DNA from: a virus
Reading direction: 5' to 3' (one strand)
IMG/VR virus record: IMGVR_UViG_3300047476_000972
Span: 13,562 to 77,561 of that record
DNA: 64,000 nt
Within the stretch, counting starts at the first letter, position 1. Every line of letters starts with the position of its first letter. Under the pieces are notes generated by a model. That model did not search any database. It worked only from the letters and a program-made list of their open reading frames with translations, and was not told where the DNA came from. Below, one piece after another: positions 50,827 through 60,036 of the stretch. The position numbers and the translations under genes were made by a program.

Positions 50827-51753
50827 ATGGAGCAAATGCGTTTTGAAGACTTAGGGGGAGAAACTTGGCGCATCCTAAGGCTCCCTGACCCTCAGGACCA
50901 CCGCTGGTCTGCCTTCAACCCATCTATCGCTTATTCTCCAAAAGAGGGTTACAAGGTTTTAATTAGATCAAGTAATTATTTCTTAGATCCAAAAACCACC
51001 GATGCCAAAATGACTGATGGTGCTACTGTAAAAAGCAACATGTGGCTGGGATCTTTGGACTCTAACTGGCAAATAACCTCGCTAGAAAAGCTTGATTTTT
51101 CAGAGGCCGGACTTGTATTTACTAGGGGAGCGGAAGACGGACGACTGTACTGGGCGGATGGCGCTTGGGAGATAACTGCCGGACTCAAGGAGCCTTCTGT
51201 ACCCTTGCCAAGAATCGCTAGATTCAGGCTGGACGGCCTAAAAGCAAAACTTGTCAAGATATATGAAGATGGTCATCTTTATGACGTAGAGAAGAACTGG
51301 ATGGCTCCTACGGTCAAGTCAGACAAGTTTGACTACATCTATAACCCTATTGCCGTCTATAAAGATGGCGTTGGTCCGGTCAAGGTTCGAGAAGCTTCTG
51401 AGTCAGTTAGGCACGTTAGGGGCGGTAGTCAGCTTTGGCCTGTAGAAGACGGGTACTTGGCAATAATTCATGAAGCAATAATCAAACTTGTATACATGTA
51501 CATACCTCGCTACTTTGGGTATAAAAACGTCAAGGTTCGACACTATGTGCATAGGTTTGCAAAGTACGATCTAAATGGTAAATTGTGCGAGCTATCTGAT
51601 ACATTTAAATTGTCCGATGCTCGTATCGAGTTTGCAGCTGGACTAGTGGTTAGTGGCGAAGATGTTATTGTCTCCTATGGATACAAAGATGTCTCGTCTT
51701 ACTTAGGCAAAATTAAATTAAGTAAAGTCTTATCTATGTTGAAAGAAGTCTGA
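50827..51753 (+). CDS. Five-bladed beta-propeller glycoside hydrolase-like protein (GH130/GH43-like)
   Basis: FNPSI, EDGRL, EKNWM, RGGS, IEF..GL and SYG..D motifs; leaderless (TATAAT 6 nt upstream). Confidence 0.65.
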   Translation: MEQMRFEDLGGETWRILRLPDPQDHRWSAFNPSIAYSPKEGYKVLIRSSNYFLDPKTTDAKMTDGATVKSNMWLGSLDSNWQITSLEKLDFSEAGLVFTRGAEDGRLYWADGAWEITAGLKEPSVPLPRIARFRLDGLKAKLVKIYEDGHLYDVEKNWMAPTVKSDKFDYIYNPIAVYKDGVGPVKVREASESVRHVRGGSQLWPVEDGYLAIIHEAIIKLVYMYIPRYFGYKNVKVRHYVHRFAKYDLNGKLCELSDTFKLSDARIEFAAGLVVSGEDVIVSYGYKDVSSYLGKIKLSKVLSMLKEV

Positions 51754-51755
51754 TC

Positions 51756-51989
51756 GTGAGCGTTGACATGTTAGAGCTGACTGACTCAACTATGGAACTT
51801 GATGAAGACGGCAACGAAAAGCTAGCGCACTACGCTGAGTCGGTGTCAGTGACCGAAGGATATGTCTTAGGAACCCCGATTCAAGCCATCTGTGGAAAAA
51901 TTTTTGTACCTTCTCGCGATCCAGAAAAACTTCGTAAGTGCCCGATTTGCGTTGAGATCATGGACGCGTTATTCTATTCAGCGGACTAA
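51756..51989 (+). CDS. DUF3039 family protein (actinobacterial, Zn-binding)
   Basis: HY...V.EG...G.P..A.CGK.FVP.RDP.....CP.C. Confidence 0.75.
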   Translation: MSVDMLELTDSTMELDEDGNEKLAHYAESVSVTEGYVLGTPIQAICGKIFVPSRDPEKLRKCPICVEIMDALFYSAD

Positions 51990-52028
51990 AATCAGTCCAA
52001 AGAAATTGTCTTATACTGGTATTCCAGC

Positions 52029-52079
52029 TCCTGACGAAACCCCGGTTCTCGGGTCTAATTTTAAGGTTAGACGTCAGGA
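52029..52079 (+). ncRNA. Structured 5' leader (three-way junction) upstream of nrdH
   Basis: P1 TCCTGACG/CGTCAGGA; P2 CCCGG/TCGGG; P3 TCTAATT/GGTTAGA; -10 TATACT at 52012-52017. Confidence 0.5.
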
Positions 52080-52111
52080 TTTGGCTTATCTAATCCCTTG
52101 GAAGGTCCAAA

Positions 52112-52333
52112 ATGGTAACTGTCTACACTCTCCCTTCATGCGTCCAGTGTGAAAGCACAAAAAAGTTTTTGACAAAGAACGATGTGCCGTTTGAGGTTGT
52201 AGATCTAAGCCAAGATGAAGTTGCCATGTCACGTGTGCGCGATCTCGGTTACCAGGCCGCTCCGGTTGTTATTGCTGGCGACGACCACTGGTCAGGCTTC
52301 CGCCCTGATAAGCTAAACGCCCTTACCGTATAG
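52112..52333 (+). CDS. nrdH: Glutaredoxin-like NrdH
   Basis: CVQC, QAAPVV and WSGFRPD motifs. Confidence 0.95.
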   Translation: MVTVYTLPSCVQCESTKKFLTKNDVPFEVVDLSQDEVAMSRVRDLGYQAAPVVIAGDDHWSGFRPDKLNALTV

Positions 52334-52346
52334 AAGGGTGGTCGGT

Positions 52347-52766
52347 GTGTTTGACATCGTTTACTTTTCTAACGTGTCTGAAAACACCAAGCGGTTTGTA
52401 GAGAAGCTAGATTCTTCTGCTACAAGGATCCCAATCAAGTGGGATGACGAGTCTCCCTTGGTTGTTGAAAAAGAGTTTGTCTTAGTTGTACCGTCCTATG
52501 GCGGTGGAGCCGAGGGTAGGACTGTGCCTAAGTCAGTTGTGAAATTTTTAAACATTGAGCAAAATAGAGACTTGCTCCGCGGTGTCATTGGAACTGGGAA
52601 CACTAACTTTGGTGTTCACTATTGCAAAGCTGCGGAGATCGTTGCAGTAAAAACTGGTGCGCCGTTACTGTATCGAGTAGAAATAACTGGCACGCCCGAA
52701 GATATTATTCAAGTAAAAGAGAGGCTGAGCCAGCTGTGGATAACAAATATAGCTACCACGAACTAA
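52347..52766 (+). CDS. nrdI: Flavodoxin NrdI
   Basis: [20 protein letters not shown] and GNTNFG motifs. Confidence 0.95.
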   Translation: MFDIVYFSNVSENTKRFVEKLDSSATRIPIKWDDESPLVVEKEFVLVVPSYGGGAEGRTVPKSVVKFLNIEQNRDLLRGVIGTGNTNFGVHYCKAAEIVAVKTGAPLLYRVEITGTPEDIIQVKERLSQLWITNIATTN

Positions 52767-54853
52767 ATGCAATGATCAATCTGTGGGATGCTGATGGCAA
52801 ACTACAGCTTCACAGGGACAAAGAAGCCGCTCGCGCCTACTTCCTAGATCACGTAAACCAGAACACCGTGTTCTTCCACAGCCTGGAGGAAAAGTTAGAC
52901 TACTTGGTTGAGCACGAGTACTACGAGAAGGAAGTTCTAGACCAGTACGACCCAGAGTACGTGAAGGATGTCTTTAAGTATGCATACTCTTTCAAGTACC
53001 GCTTCGAGGCCTTCATGGGGGCCTATAAGTTCTTCAGCTCATATGCATTGAAGACCTTCGATGGCACTCGCTACCTAGAGCGCTTTGAAGATCGCGTTGT
53101 GATGAACGCTCTAGCGTTGGCCCGTGGTGATAAAGAGATGGCCATGAAGCTAGTTGAAGAGATCATTACTGGTCGTTTTCAGCCAGCAACCCCGACATTC
53201 TTGAACGCTGGTAAGAAGCAGCGTGGTGAGTTTGTCTCTTGCTTCCTTCTTCGTATCGAAGACAACATGGAATCAATCTCTCGTGGCATCAACTCAGCGC
53301 TGCAGCTTTCAAAGCGCGGTGGCGGTGTGGCTCTGAACCTCAGCAACTTGCGTGAATCAGGTGCACCAATCAAGAAGATCGAAGGCCAGTCATCTGGCGT
53401 CATCCCAGTGATGAAGCTTTTGGAAGACAGCTTCTCCTACGCCAACCAGCTAGGTGCTCGTCAGGGTGCTGGTGCGGTCTATTTGAATGCCCACCACCCA
53501 GACATTCTTAAGTTCTTGGACACCAAGCGTGAGAACGCCGACGAGAAGATTCGCATCAAGACCTTGTCTATCGGTGTTGTGATTCCAGACGTAACCCTTG
53601 AGCTTGCTAAAAATGGCGAAGACATGTATCTCTTCTCTCCATACGACGTAGAGCGTGTGTATGGGGTTCCATTTGGTGACATCTCGGTTACTGAGAAGTA
53701 CCAAGAGATGGTTGACAATGCCGAAATCAAGAAGACTAAGATCAAGGCTCGTGTTTTGTTTGAGCGCATCGCGGAACTTCAGTTTGAGTCGGGCTATCCG
53801 TACATCATGTACGAAGACACCGTAAACAACTCTAACCCTGTAGCTGGTCGCATCAACATGTCGAACCTCTGCTCAGAGATTCTTCAGGTCAACACCCCGT
53901 CTACTTATAAAGCAGACCTTGGCTACAACGTCATTGGTAGCGATATTAGCTGTAACTTGGGCTCACTGAACATTGCCAAGGTAATGGACGGCGGTAAGTT
54001 CGCTCAGACCATCGAAACTTCGATTCGCGCTCTTACTGCAGTTTCTGATCTAAGCTACATCGATTCGGTGCCTTCTATTGCTGAGGGCAATAAGCGTGCC
54101 CACGCAATTGGCTTGGGACAGATGAACCTGCACGGTTACCTTGGACGCGAGAAGATTCACTACGGTTCAGAAGAAGGTATCGACTTCACCAACATTTACT
54201 TCTACACCGTTTTGTTCCACGCACTGAAGGCATCTAACAAAATCGCCAAAGAGCGTAACGAAGTGTTCCACGGATTCTATGAATCAAAGTACTCTAGCGG
54301 TGAGTTCTTCGAGAAGTACCTAACTCAGGAGTGGAAGCCTGCTACTGACAAGGTTGCAAAGATTTTTGCAGACGCTGATATCGAGATTCCTACTCAGGAT
54401 GACTGGAAGAAGTTGAAGAAGTCTGTACAGACTTACGGTATTTACAACCAGAACCTTCAGGCTGTTCCGCCAACCGGATCAATTAGCTACATCAACAACT
54501 CAACGTCGTCAATCCACCCGATTGCTTCAAAGATTGAAACTCGCAAGGAAGGCAAGCTAGGTCGCGTTTACTACCCAGCCCCATTCTTGGCTGATGACAA
54601 CCTCGAGTATTTTGACGATGCTTACGAGATTGGCCCAGAGAAGATCATCGACACCTATGCTGCTGCAACCCAGCACGTAGACCAGGGTCTATCTCTGACA
54701 TTGTTCTTCAAAGACACCGCAACTACTCGCGATGTCAACCGTGCGCAGATTTACGCATGGAAGAAGGGCATCAAGACTATTTACTACATCCGTATTCGTC
54801 AGCTTGCGCTAGACGGAACTGATGTGGAACAATGTGTAAGCTGCATGCTTTAA
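52736..54853 (+). CDS. nrdE: Class Ib ribonucleotide reductase alpha subunit
   Basis: [37 protein letters not shown] and CVSC motifs; true start probably GTG 52736. Confidence 0.96.
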   Translation: MDNKYSYHELNAMINLWDADGKLQLHRDKEAARAYFLDHVNQNTVFFHSLEEKLDYLVEHEYYEKEVLDQYDPEYVKDVFKYAYSFKYRFEAFMGAYKFFSSYALKTFDGTRYLERFEDRVVMNALALARGDKEMAMKLVEEIITGRFQPATPTFLNAGKKQRGEFVSCFLLRIEDNMESISRGINSALQLSKRGGGVALNLSNLRESGAPIKKIEGQSSGVIPVMKLLEDSFSYANQLGARQGAGAVYLNAHHPDILKFLDTKRENADEKIRIKTLSIGVVIPDVTLELAKNGEDMYLFSPYDVERVYGVPFGDISVTEKYQEMVDNAEIKKTKIKARVLFERIAELQFESGYPYIMYEDTVNNSNPVAGRINMSNLCSEILQVNTPSTYKADLGYNVIGSDISCNLGSLNIAKVMDGGKFAQTIETSIRALTAVSDLSYIDSVPSIAEGNKRAHAIGLGQMNLHGYLGREKIHYGSEEGIDFTNIYFYTVLFHALKASNKIAKERNEVFHGFYESKYSSGEFFEKYLTQEWKPATDKVAKIFADADIEIPTQDDWKKLKKSVQTYGIYNQNLQAVPPTGSISYINNSTSSIHPIASKIETRKEGKLGRVYYPAPFLADDNLEYFDDAYEIGPEKIIDTYAAATQHVDQGLSLTLFFKDTATTRDVNRAQIYAWKKGIKTIYYIRIRQLALDGTDVEQCVSCML

Positions 54854-55816
<963 letters not shown>

Positions 55817-55825
55817 GGAGGAATC

Positions 55826-55876
55826 ATGGACGACTGCAAATGCGGCGGATCTTGCCCTTGCGGTAAAGACAACTAA
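55826..55876 (+). CDS. 16-aa Cys-rich micropeptide MDDCKCGGSCPCGKDN (metallothionein-like)
   Basis: AGGAGG SD 4 nt before the ATG, directly after the nrdF stop and before the terminator. Confidence 0.6.
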   Translation: MDDCKCGGSCPCGKDN

Positions 55877-55881
55877 AGAAG

Positions 55882-55908
55882 ACCACCCTTCGGGGTGGTT
55901 TTTCTTTT
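55882..55908 (+). terminator. Rho-independent terminator of the nrd operon
   Basis: ACCACCC-TTCG-GGGTGGT then TTTTCTTTT. Confidence 0.9.
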
Positions 55909-55921
55909 GTAAGATATAACC

Positions 55922-56107
55922 ATGCCAACATATGAATACAAGTGTTCCGAAAATAGCGAACACACGTACAAAGAAATTCGCGGAATGACTGAAGAAGCCA
56001 CTCGCTCGACTTGCGCTGAGGAGGGGTGTTCAGGTAGACTCATACGCGTATTTGGAACACCTCCGATCACCTTTAAAGGGACCGGATTCAGCGCAAAACG
56101 AGGGTAA
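55922..56107 (+). CDS. FmdB-family zinc-ribbon protein
   Basis: MPTYEYKC...H, C....C and FKGTGF motifs. Confidence 0.8.
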   Translation: MPTYEYKCSENSEHTYKEIRGMTEEATRSTCAEEGCSGRLIRVFGTPPITFKGTGFSAKRG

Positions 56108-56113
56108 CTATAT

Positions 56114-56437
56114 ATGTTCTTAGACTCCATTCTTCCAGCAGACTATCCTGATTTTGAAGAGTTTGGGACGGCCCCCTGCGCTGAGAGTGATCCCGATGCT
56201 TTCTTCCCGGAAGACAGGCCTGACGGAAATATGATGCCAAATAGGTTGGCATATCCGATGGAGCGAGAAGCTAAAATCACCTGCCGTGAGTGCCCATACA
56301 AGCTACGCTGTCTAGAATATGCCTTGAAAAACGAGGATCTCCAGGGCATCTGGGGTGGGTTTACTGAGCAGGAACGTCGTAAGCTCCGTCGTGGAGTCCC
56401 TGTCCGCATGAGGATCCCAGAGGCTAAGCACATCTAG
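56114..56437 (+). CDS. whiB: WhiB-family transcription factor
   Basis: CAESDPDAFFPE, CRECPYKLRC and GIWGG.TE.ERR motifs. Confidence 0.9.
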   Translation: MFLDSILPADYPDFEEFGTAPCAESDPDAFFPEDRPDGNMMPNRLAYPMEREAKITCRECPYKLRCLEYALKNEDLQGIWGGFTEQERRKLRRGVPVRMRIPEAKHI

Positions 56438-56501
56438 CTAAATGTGGTAAAATATAACTGCCGGGAGAGGGTGTCTAATCAACCTACTCTTGGGAGAAAA
56501 T

Positions 56502-56762
56502 ATGGAAATCGCAAAAAAGATCTTCAAGCGCACTATTGCTCTTGTGATCCTAAAGGTTAGCGGTGTTTTGGCCGCTGGATCTATCGCTGGAGTTGAACTC
56601 TGGCAGTCTGCTCTTGTAGCTGCGTTCGTTGGTGTAATGGAAGTAGCTGAGTCTCTGGCTCGTGCTTATGTTGTTGACGGTAGCCTTTCTGACGAAGAAA
56701 TTGATGTTGCATTTGCGAGCTCGGCTGAGGCTGAAGTAGCTCGTAACAAAAAAGTAGACTAA
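56502..56762 (+). CDS. Two-TM membrane protein, holin-like
   Basis: Two hydrophobic helices, DG.L...EI...F motif and a charged C-terminus; SD GGAG before ATG 56502. Confidence 0.55.
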   Translation: MEIAKKIFKRTIALVILKVSGVLAAGSIAGVELWQSALVAAFVGVMEVAESLARAYVVDGSLSDEEIDVAFASSAEAEVARNKKVD

Positions 56763-56778
56763 TCGTCCTTTAAAAATG

Positions 56779-56809
56779 AATGCCTCCGCTTGCGGGGGCA
56801 TTTGTTTTT
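56779..56809 (+). terminator. Intrinsic terminator overlapping a promoter
   Basis: AATGCCTCCG-CTTG-CGGGGGCATT then TGTTTTT; TTGCGG-N17-TAGGAT overlaps it. Confidence 0.7.
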
Positions 56810-56841
56810 ATGTAGGATGTGATTATCAACGAAAGGAAATC

Positions 56842-56970
56842 ATGGCAAAAGGTAAGGGTGGAGCTCCTGCTCCTCAGAAGACAACTACCGACCGCAAGAA
56901 TGGCAAGGCTTCTAAGAAGCGTCCAAAGATTTTTGATGCAGTCAAGCGTCGTCTAGTTACAAAAAAGTAG
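56842..56970 (+). CDS. Small, highly basic protein (42 aa)
   Basis: SD AAAGGA; MAKGKGGAPAPQKTTTDRKNGKASKKRPKIFDAVKRRLVTKK. Confidence 0.65.
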   Translation: MAKGKGGAPAPQKTTTDRKNGKASKKRPKIFDAVKRRLVTKK

Positions 56971-57055
56971 TACACTTTTATAGGGTGCAGGTATAAACGG
57001 ATTGGGAGTTCTCGATCGGGCCTGCACCCTTTATACTGTTAACACAATTAAATAA

Positions 57056-57373
57056 GGGCCTGACTGGTTTCGACAGTGAAACTGAAGTCGGTGAAGCAAG
57101 CAGAGAAGCCTGTACCTCTTAAATCGGGCAAAGCAATAAATGCAAACTCACGTTCAGCATTCGCACTAGCAGCCTAAAAACTGCTAGACGCCCCTAACAA
57201 AGCACTAGTTCTAGGTGGGCAGTTAGGTCTTAAATAAATAGAACACCACAGAGCGATCTACAGCAGCTCTTTAATAAAGCAGTGGACCCGTAGTACCGTG
57301 GCTGGTAGAGCCTAAGCTTGTAGAAGAACGATGGAACTTTCATTGGACGCGGGTTCAATTCCCGCCAGGTCCA
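57056..57373 (+). ncRNA. ssrA: tmRNA; tag ANSRSAFALAA (57142-57177)
   Basis: Acceptor stem GGGCCTG/CAGGTCC with G3:U70 and discriminator A; GGTTTCGAC D-loop region; T-arm GCGGG-TTCAATT-CCCGC; resume context AATAAAT-GCA; tag ends LAA-stop. Confidence 0.93.
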
Positions 57374-57375
57374 CT

Positions 57376-57948
57376 CTAGAGAGCGTAGCTCTTATCTGTG
57401 GTTAGCCACATCGGCATGGTGTATCTATGCTGATCTATCTCTTTGACTTCATGATTTCCGGTGCTTTGAGATGGAAAAACGACTAGATCACCAGCAAATG
57501 GTTTCACTGAATGTCCTAGATCTGTAAAGATTAAGTCGCCCGTAGTACCAAGGGTGTTTAGGTACAGAACCGCACTGTATGTGAAATGCACATTCCTACC
57601 TTCATCGGTGTCGTCATGCATCTGTACATTAGCGCCTGGTAATTGTTTAGCTAGCCAAAAAGAACAAACGTACAGATCCCTAGAATCTTTATATAAGTCT
57701 TTTACGGTTTCGATAGTCTTTGAGAAATAAGATCTAACCAGATCTTTGATTTCAGGGATTGTTGAGTCTAGTTCAAGAGATGACATGGCATGAGCGTTGT
57801 CTTTCCCGAACTGAAGCACTGGGCGCTTTCCGTTGTTCCCTATAAAAAATAGATCTGGTTTAGTCTCTAAAAGATGATCGTTGTAGTTTTTAAATAGCTC
57901 TATGTCTTCCGCAGAGATAAAGTTACTTACTACTTTTATCTGATCCAT
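57376..57948 (-). CDS. 2OG-Fe(II) oxygenase (P4H-like)
   Basis: H-D-D, SAVLYLN, HEV and RY motifs. Confidence 0.8.
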   Translation of the reverse strand: MDQIKVVSNFISAEDIELFKNYNDHLLETKPDLFFIGNNGKRPVLQFGKDNAHAMSSLELDSTIPEIKDLVRSYFSKTIETVKDLYKDSRDLYVCSFWLAKQLPGANVQMHDDTDEGRNVHFTYSAVLYLNTLGTTGDLIFTDLGHSVKPFAGDLVVFPSQSTGNHEVKEIDQHRYTMPMWLTTDKSYAL

Positions 57949-57956
57949 ATTAATTG

Positions 57957-58577
57957 TTAGAGTAGCTTTTCAATCTCCGAGCAGATTAGCTCGTACGCTT
58001 CTTCCGAAGTTAGCGGCTCTGGATCATTCTCGTTCATAACGTAAATTCCATTTTTCACGTTGTCATAGTAGTAATCAAGCAACGTAAAGTTGTGAAATCT
58101 TTTGACGATGTTGCCATCTCTGTCAATTAAAAACTTTTCAAAGTTACCGCCCATTGGCAAGCCCTTTGACGCTAAAGCCTCGAACAAAGGGTGAGTCTCG
58201 CGGTAGTTATTGCGCTTTTCCCGCCAAACATCATGAACTTGAGAAGTAACCATCTCAGAGAAGTCATATGTTACTTGATATGTGTCTAGAGCGTACGTCC
58301 TAGCATCGTTAGCACAGGTAATGCCATCTTCCCACTCGTTATAAGTGATGCCCGGGCCGCAGAAGTCATTGGTGGGGATAGCTGCAATCTCGAAACCCTG
58401 ATCCTTGTACTTCTGATATATCTCTTCTAGCGGAGCCAGCTGAGGTGCGTTACCGCAATCGGCGGTTACGTTTACAATCAAGGTAACTTTTCCTTTGTAT
58501 TTAGATAAAAAGTTATCCTTGTTATCCCAAGACTGGATCGGGATATCGTAAATAGATCCGGCAATATTTGTAGTCAT
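57957..58577 (-). CDS. Glutathione peroxidase-like protein (divergent)
   Basis: GKVTLIVNVTADCG, YKDQGFEI.A.P.N.F and NFEKFLIDRDG..V.RF motifs. Confidence 0.8.
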   Translation of the reverse strand: MTTNIAGSIYDIPIQSWDNKDNFLSKYKGKVTLIVNVTADCGNAPQLAPLEEIYQKYKDQGFEIAAIPTNDFCGPGITYNEWEDGITCANDARTYALDTYQVTYDFSEMVTSQVHDVWREKRNNYRETHPLFEALASKGLPMGGNFEKFLIDRDGNIVKRFHNFTLLDYYYDNVKNGIYVMNENDPEPLTSEEAYELICSEIEKLL

Positions 58578-58616
58578 ACTAGAATTTTACTGGACATCTC
58601 CTGATAGGATTTTTGC

Positions 58617-59045
58617 ATGGTAGATATAAATGTAGAAGTATCCGAGTTGAGCTTACTCCCTGGCTATGCTAATATCGGGGACGCGGGTGCTGATTTGCGA
58701 GCTGCTGATTCTTACGTAGTCCTCCCCCGAGAACGAGTACTTATCAAAACTGGTCTTAAGATCGAGCTCCCTATTGGCTATGTTGCCTTAGTACACCCTA
58801 GAAGTGGTTTGGCTCTTAAACACGGTATTACGGTTCTTAATACTCCGGGAACGATTGACTCTGGGTATAGGGGTGAAGTTGGCGTAATTCTCTATAACAC
58901 CTCCGATGAACCTTTTCTTATTGATAAGGGTGATCGAATCGCTCAGATGGTAATCCAAAAGTATGAGACTGCAGTATTCTCTGTAGTTGAGTCACTAGAT
59001 GATACCGAACGCGGTGCTGGTGGCTTCGGATCAACTGGAGTATAA
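58617..59045 (+). CDS. dut: dUTPase (trimeric)
   Basis: AGADL, PRSGLA, GTIDSGYRGE, RIAQ and RGAGGFGSTG motifs. Confidence 0.95.
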   Translation: MVDINVEVSELSLLPGYANIGDAGADLRAADSYVVLPRERVLIKTGLKIELPIGYVALVHPRSGLALKHGITVLNTPGTIDSGYRGEVGVILYNTSDEPFLIDKGDRIAQMVIQKYETAVFSVVESLDDTERGAGGFGSTGV

Positions 59046-59047
59046 AA

Positions 59048-59746
59048 ATGACTGAAGTGACTTTCCGCAGTGACATGACTGTCGAGCTGATCAACTCTAT
59101 GGCATCCGATTCCGCAGTTGCTATGGCAGCTCGAGTATCTACTGGTGCATCAAACGAAGACACTAGTAGGGATGCTGGTCTCATCAACTACCTGATGCGC
59201 GACCGTCACGGTTCGCCATTCGAGCACAATGCATTTACGTTCTTTATCGAAGCACCGATTTTCGTGTTCCGAGAGTTCATGCGTCACCGCATCGCCTCGT
59301 ACAACGAGGAGTCGGGTCGTTATAAGGAGCTCAGTCCAGTATTTTACGTGCCAGCCCCTGAGCGCAAGCTAATTCAGGTTGGTAAACCTGGTGCATATAC
59401 TTTTGAAGATGGCACTAAAGACCAGTGGGATGATATCAACTTAAGTACTCAGCACATAGCGACTGGCGCATACTACGAATACCAAGCCCTTCTTGCAAAA
59501 GGTATTGCTCGTGAAGTTGCTCGTGCAGTGCTTCCAGTTAGCATTTATTCGAGCATGTATGTAACCATGAACGCTCGCTCCCTTATGAACTTCCTGTCGC
59601 TTCGCACTACTCGCGAAGGGACGCACTTTCCTTCATTCCCTCAGCGTGAGATCGAAATGGTGGCTGAAAAGATGGAAGAGTTCTTTGCCGAGAAGATGCC
59701 TATCACCTACGAAACTTTTAACAAGAATGGACGCGTGGCCCCGTAA
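59048..59746 (+). CDS. thyX: Flavin-dependent thymidylate synthase
   Basis: H.SPFEH, RHR.ASYNEESGRY, REVAR and NARSLMNFL.LR motifs. Confidence 0.95.
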   Translation: MTEVTFRSDMTVELINSMASDSAVAMAARVSTGASNEDTSRDAGLINYLMRDRHGSPFEHNAFTFFIEAPIFVFREFMRHRIASYNEESGRYKELSPVFYVPAPERKLIQVGKPGAYTFEDGTKDQWDDINLSTQHIATGAYYEYQALLAKGIAREVARAVLPVSIYSSMYVTMNARSLMNFLSLRTTREGTHFPSFPQREIEMVAEKMEEFFAEKMPITYETFNKNGRVAP

Positions 59747-60036
59747 TGTCTCTTAATGATTTTGATACGATTCCTGATCCAGACGATAAAATCATCTCCA
59801 AGATCGGACCTACCGTTCGACTAGCAATGGCAGCTAAGGAAACTTTGAATGATGCAATTGCATCCGCCATTGAAACCTCTACTGACTTTGGGTATGCTCT
59901 TGGCGCTGCCGACGAACGTGACAAGTTGGTAGACGCTCTAGAGAATGAAAAGATAGCTCTACAGGAATTGGATATGAATGAGCAATATATCTCTGGAGTG
60001 ATCCACGCAATCGCACTGCTAAAGGCAACTAAGTAA
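59746..60036 (+). CDS. Hypothetical protein
   Basis: Coupled 96 aa ORF. Confidence 0.6.
   Translation: MSLNDFDTIPDPDDKIISKIGPTVRLAMAAKETLNDAIASAIETSTDFGYALGAADERDKLVDALENEKIALQELDMNEQYISGVIHAIALLKATK

Noticed and set aside
52030-52080. CTGACGA resembles the hammerhead ribozyme core CUGAnGA
   Set aside because: No GAAA after stem II and no NUH site in the right topology; the motif is sequestered in P1 of the three-way junction.
52622-52735. N-terminal extension of NrdE in the ORF track
   Set aside because: It overlaps nrdI, and the NrdE-like sequence begins at GTG 52736.
56971-57060. Possible tRNA gene upstream of tmRNA
   Set aside because: It forms one long hairpin with no cloverleaf or TTC T-loop arrangement; no tRNA genes were recognised in the window.
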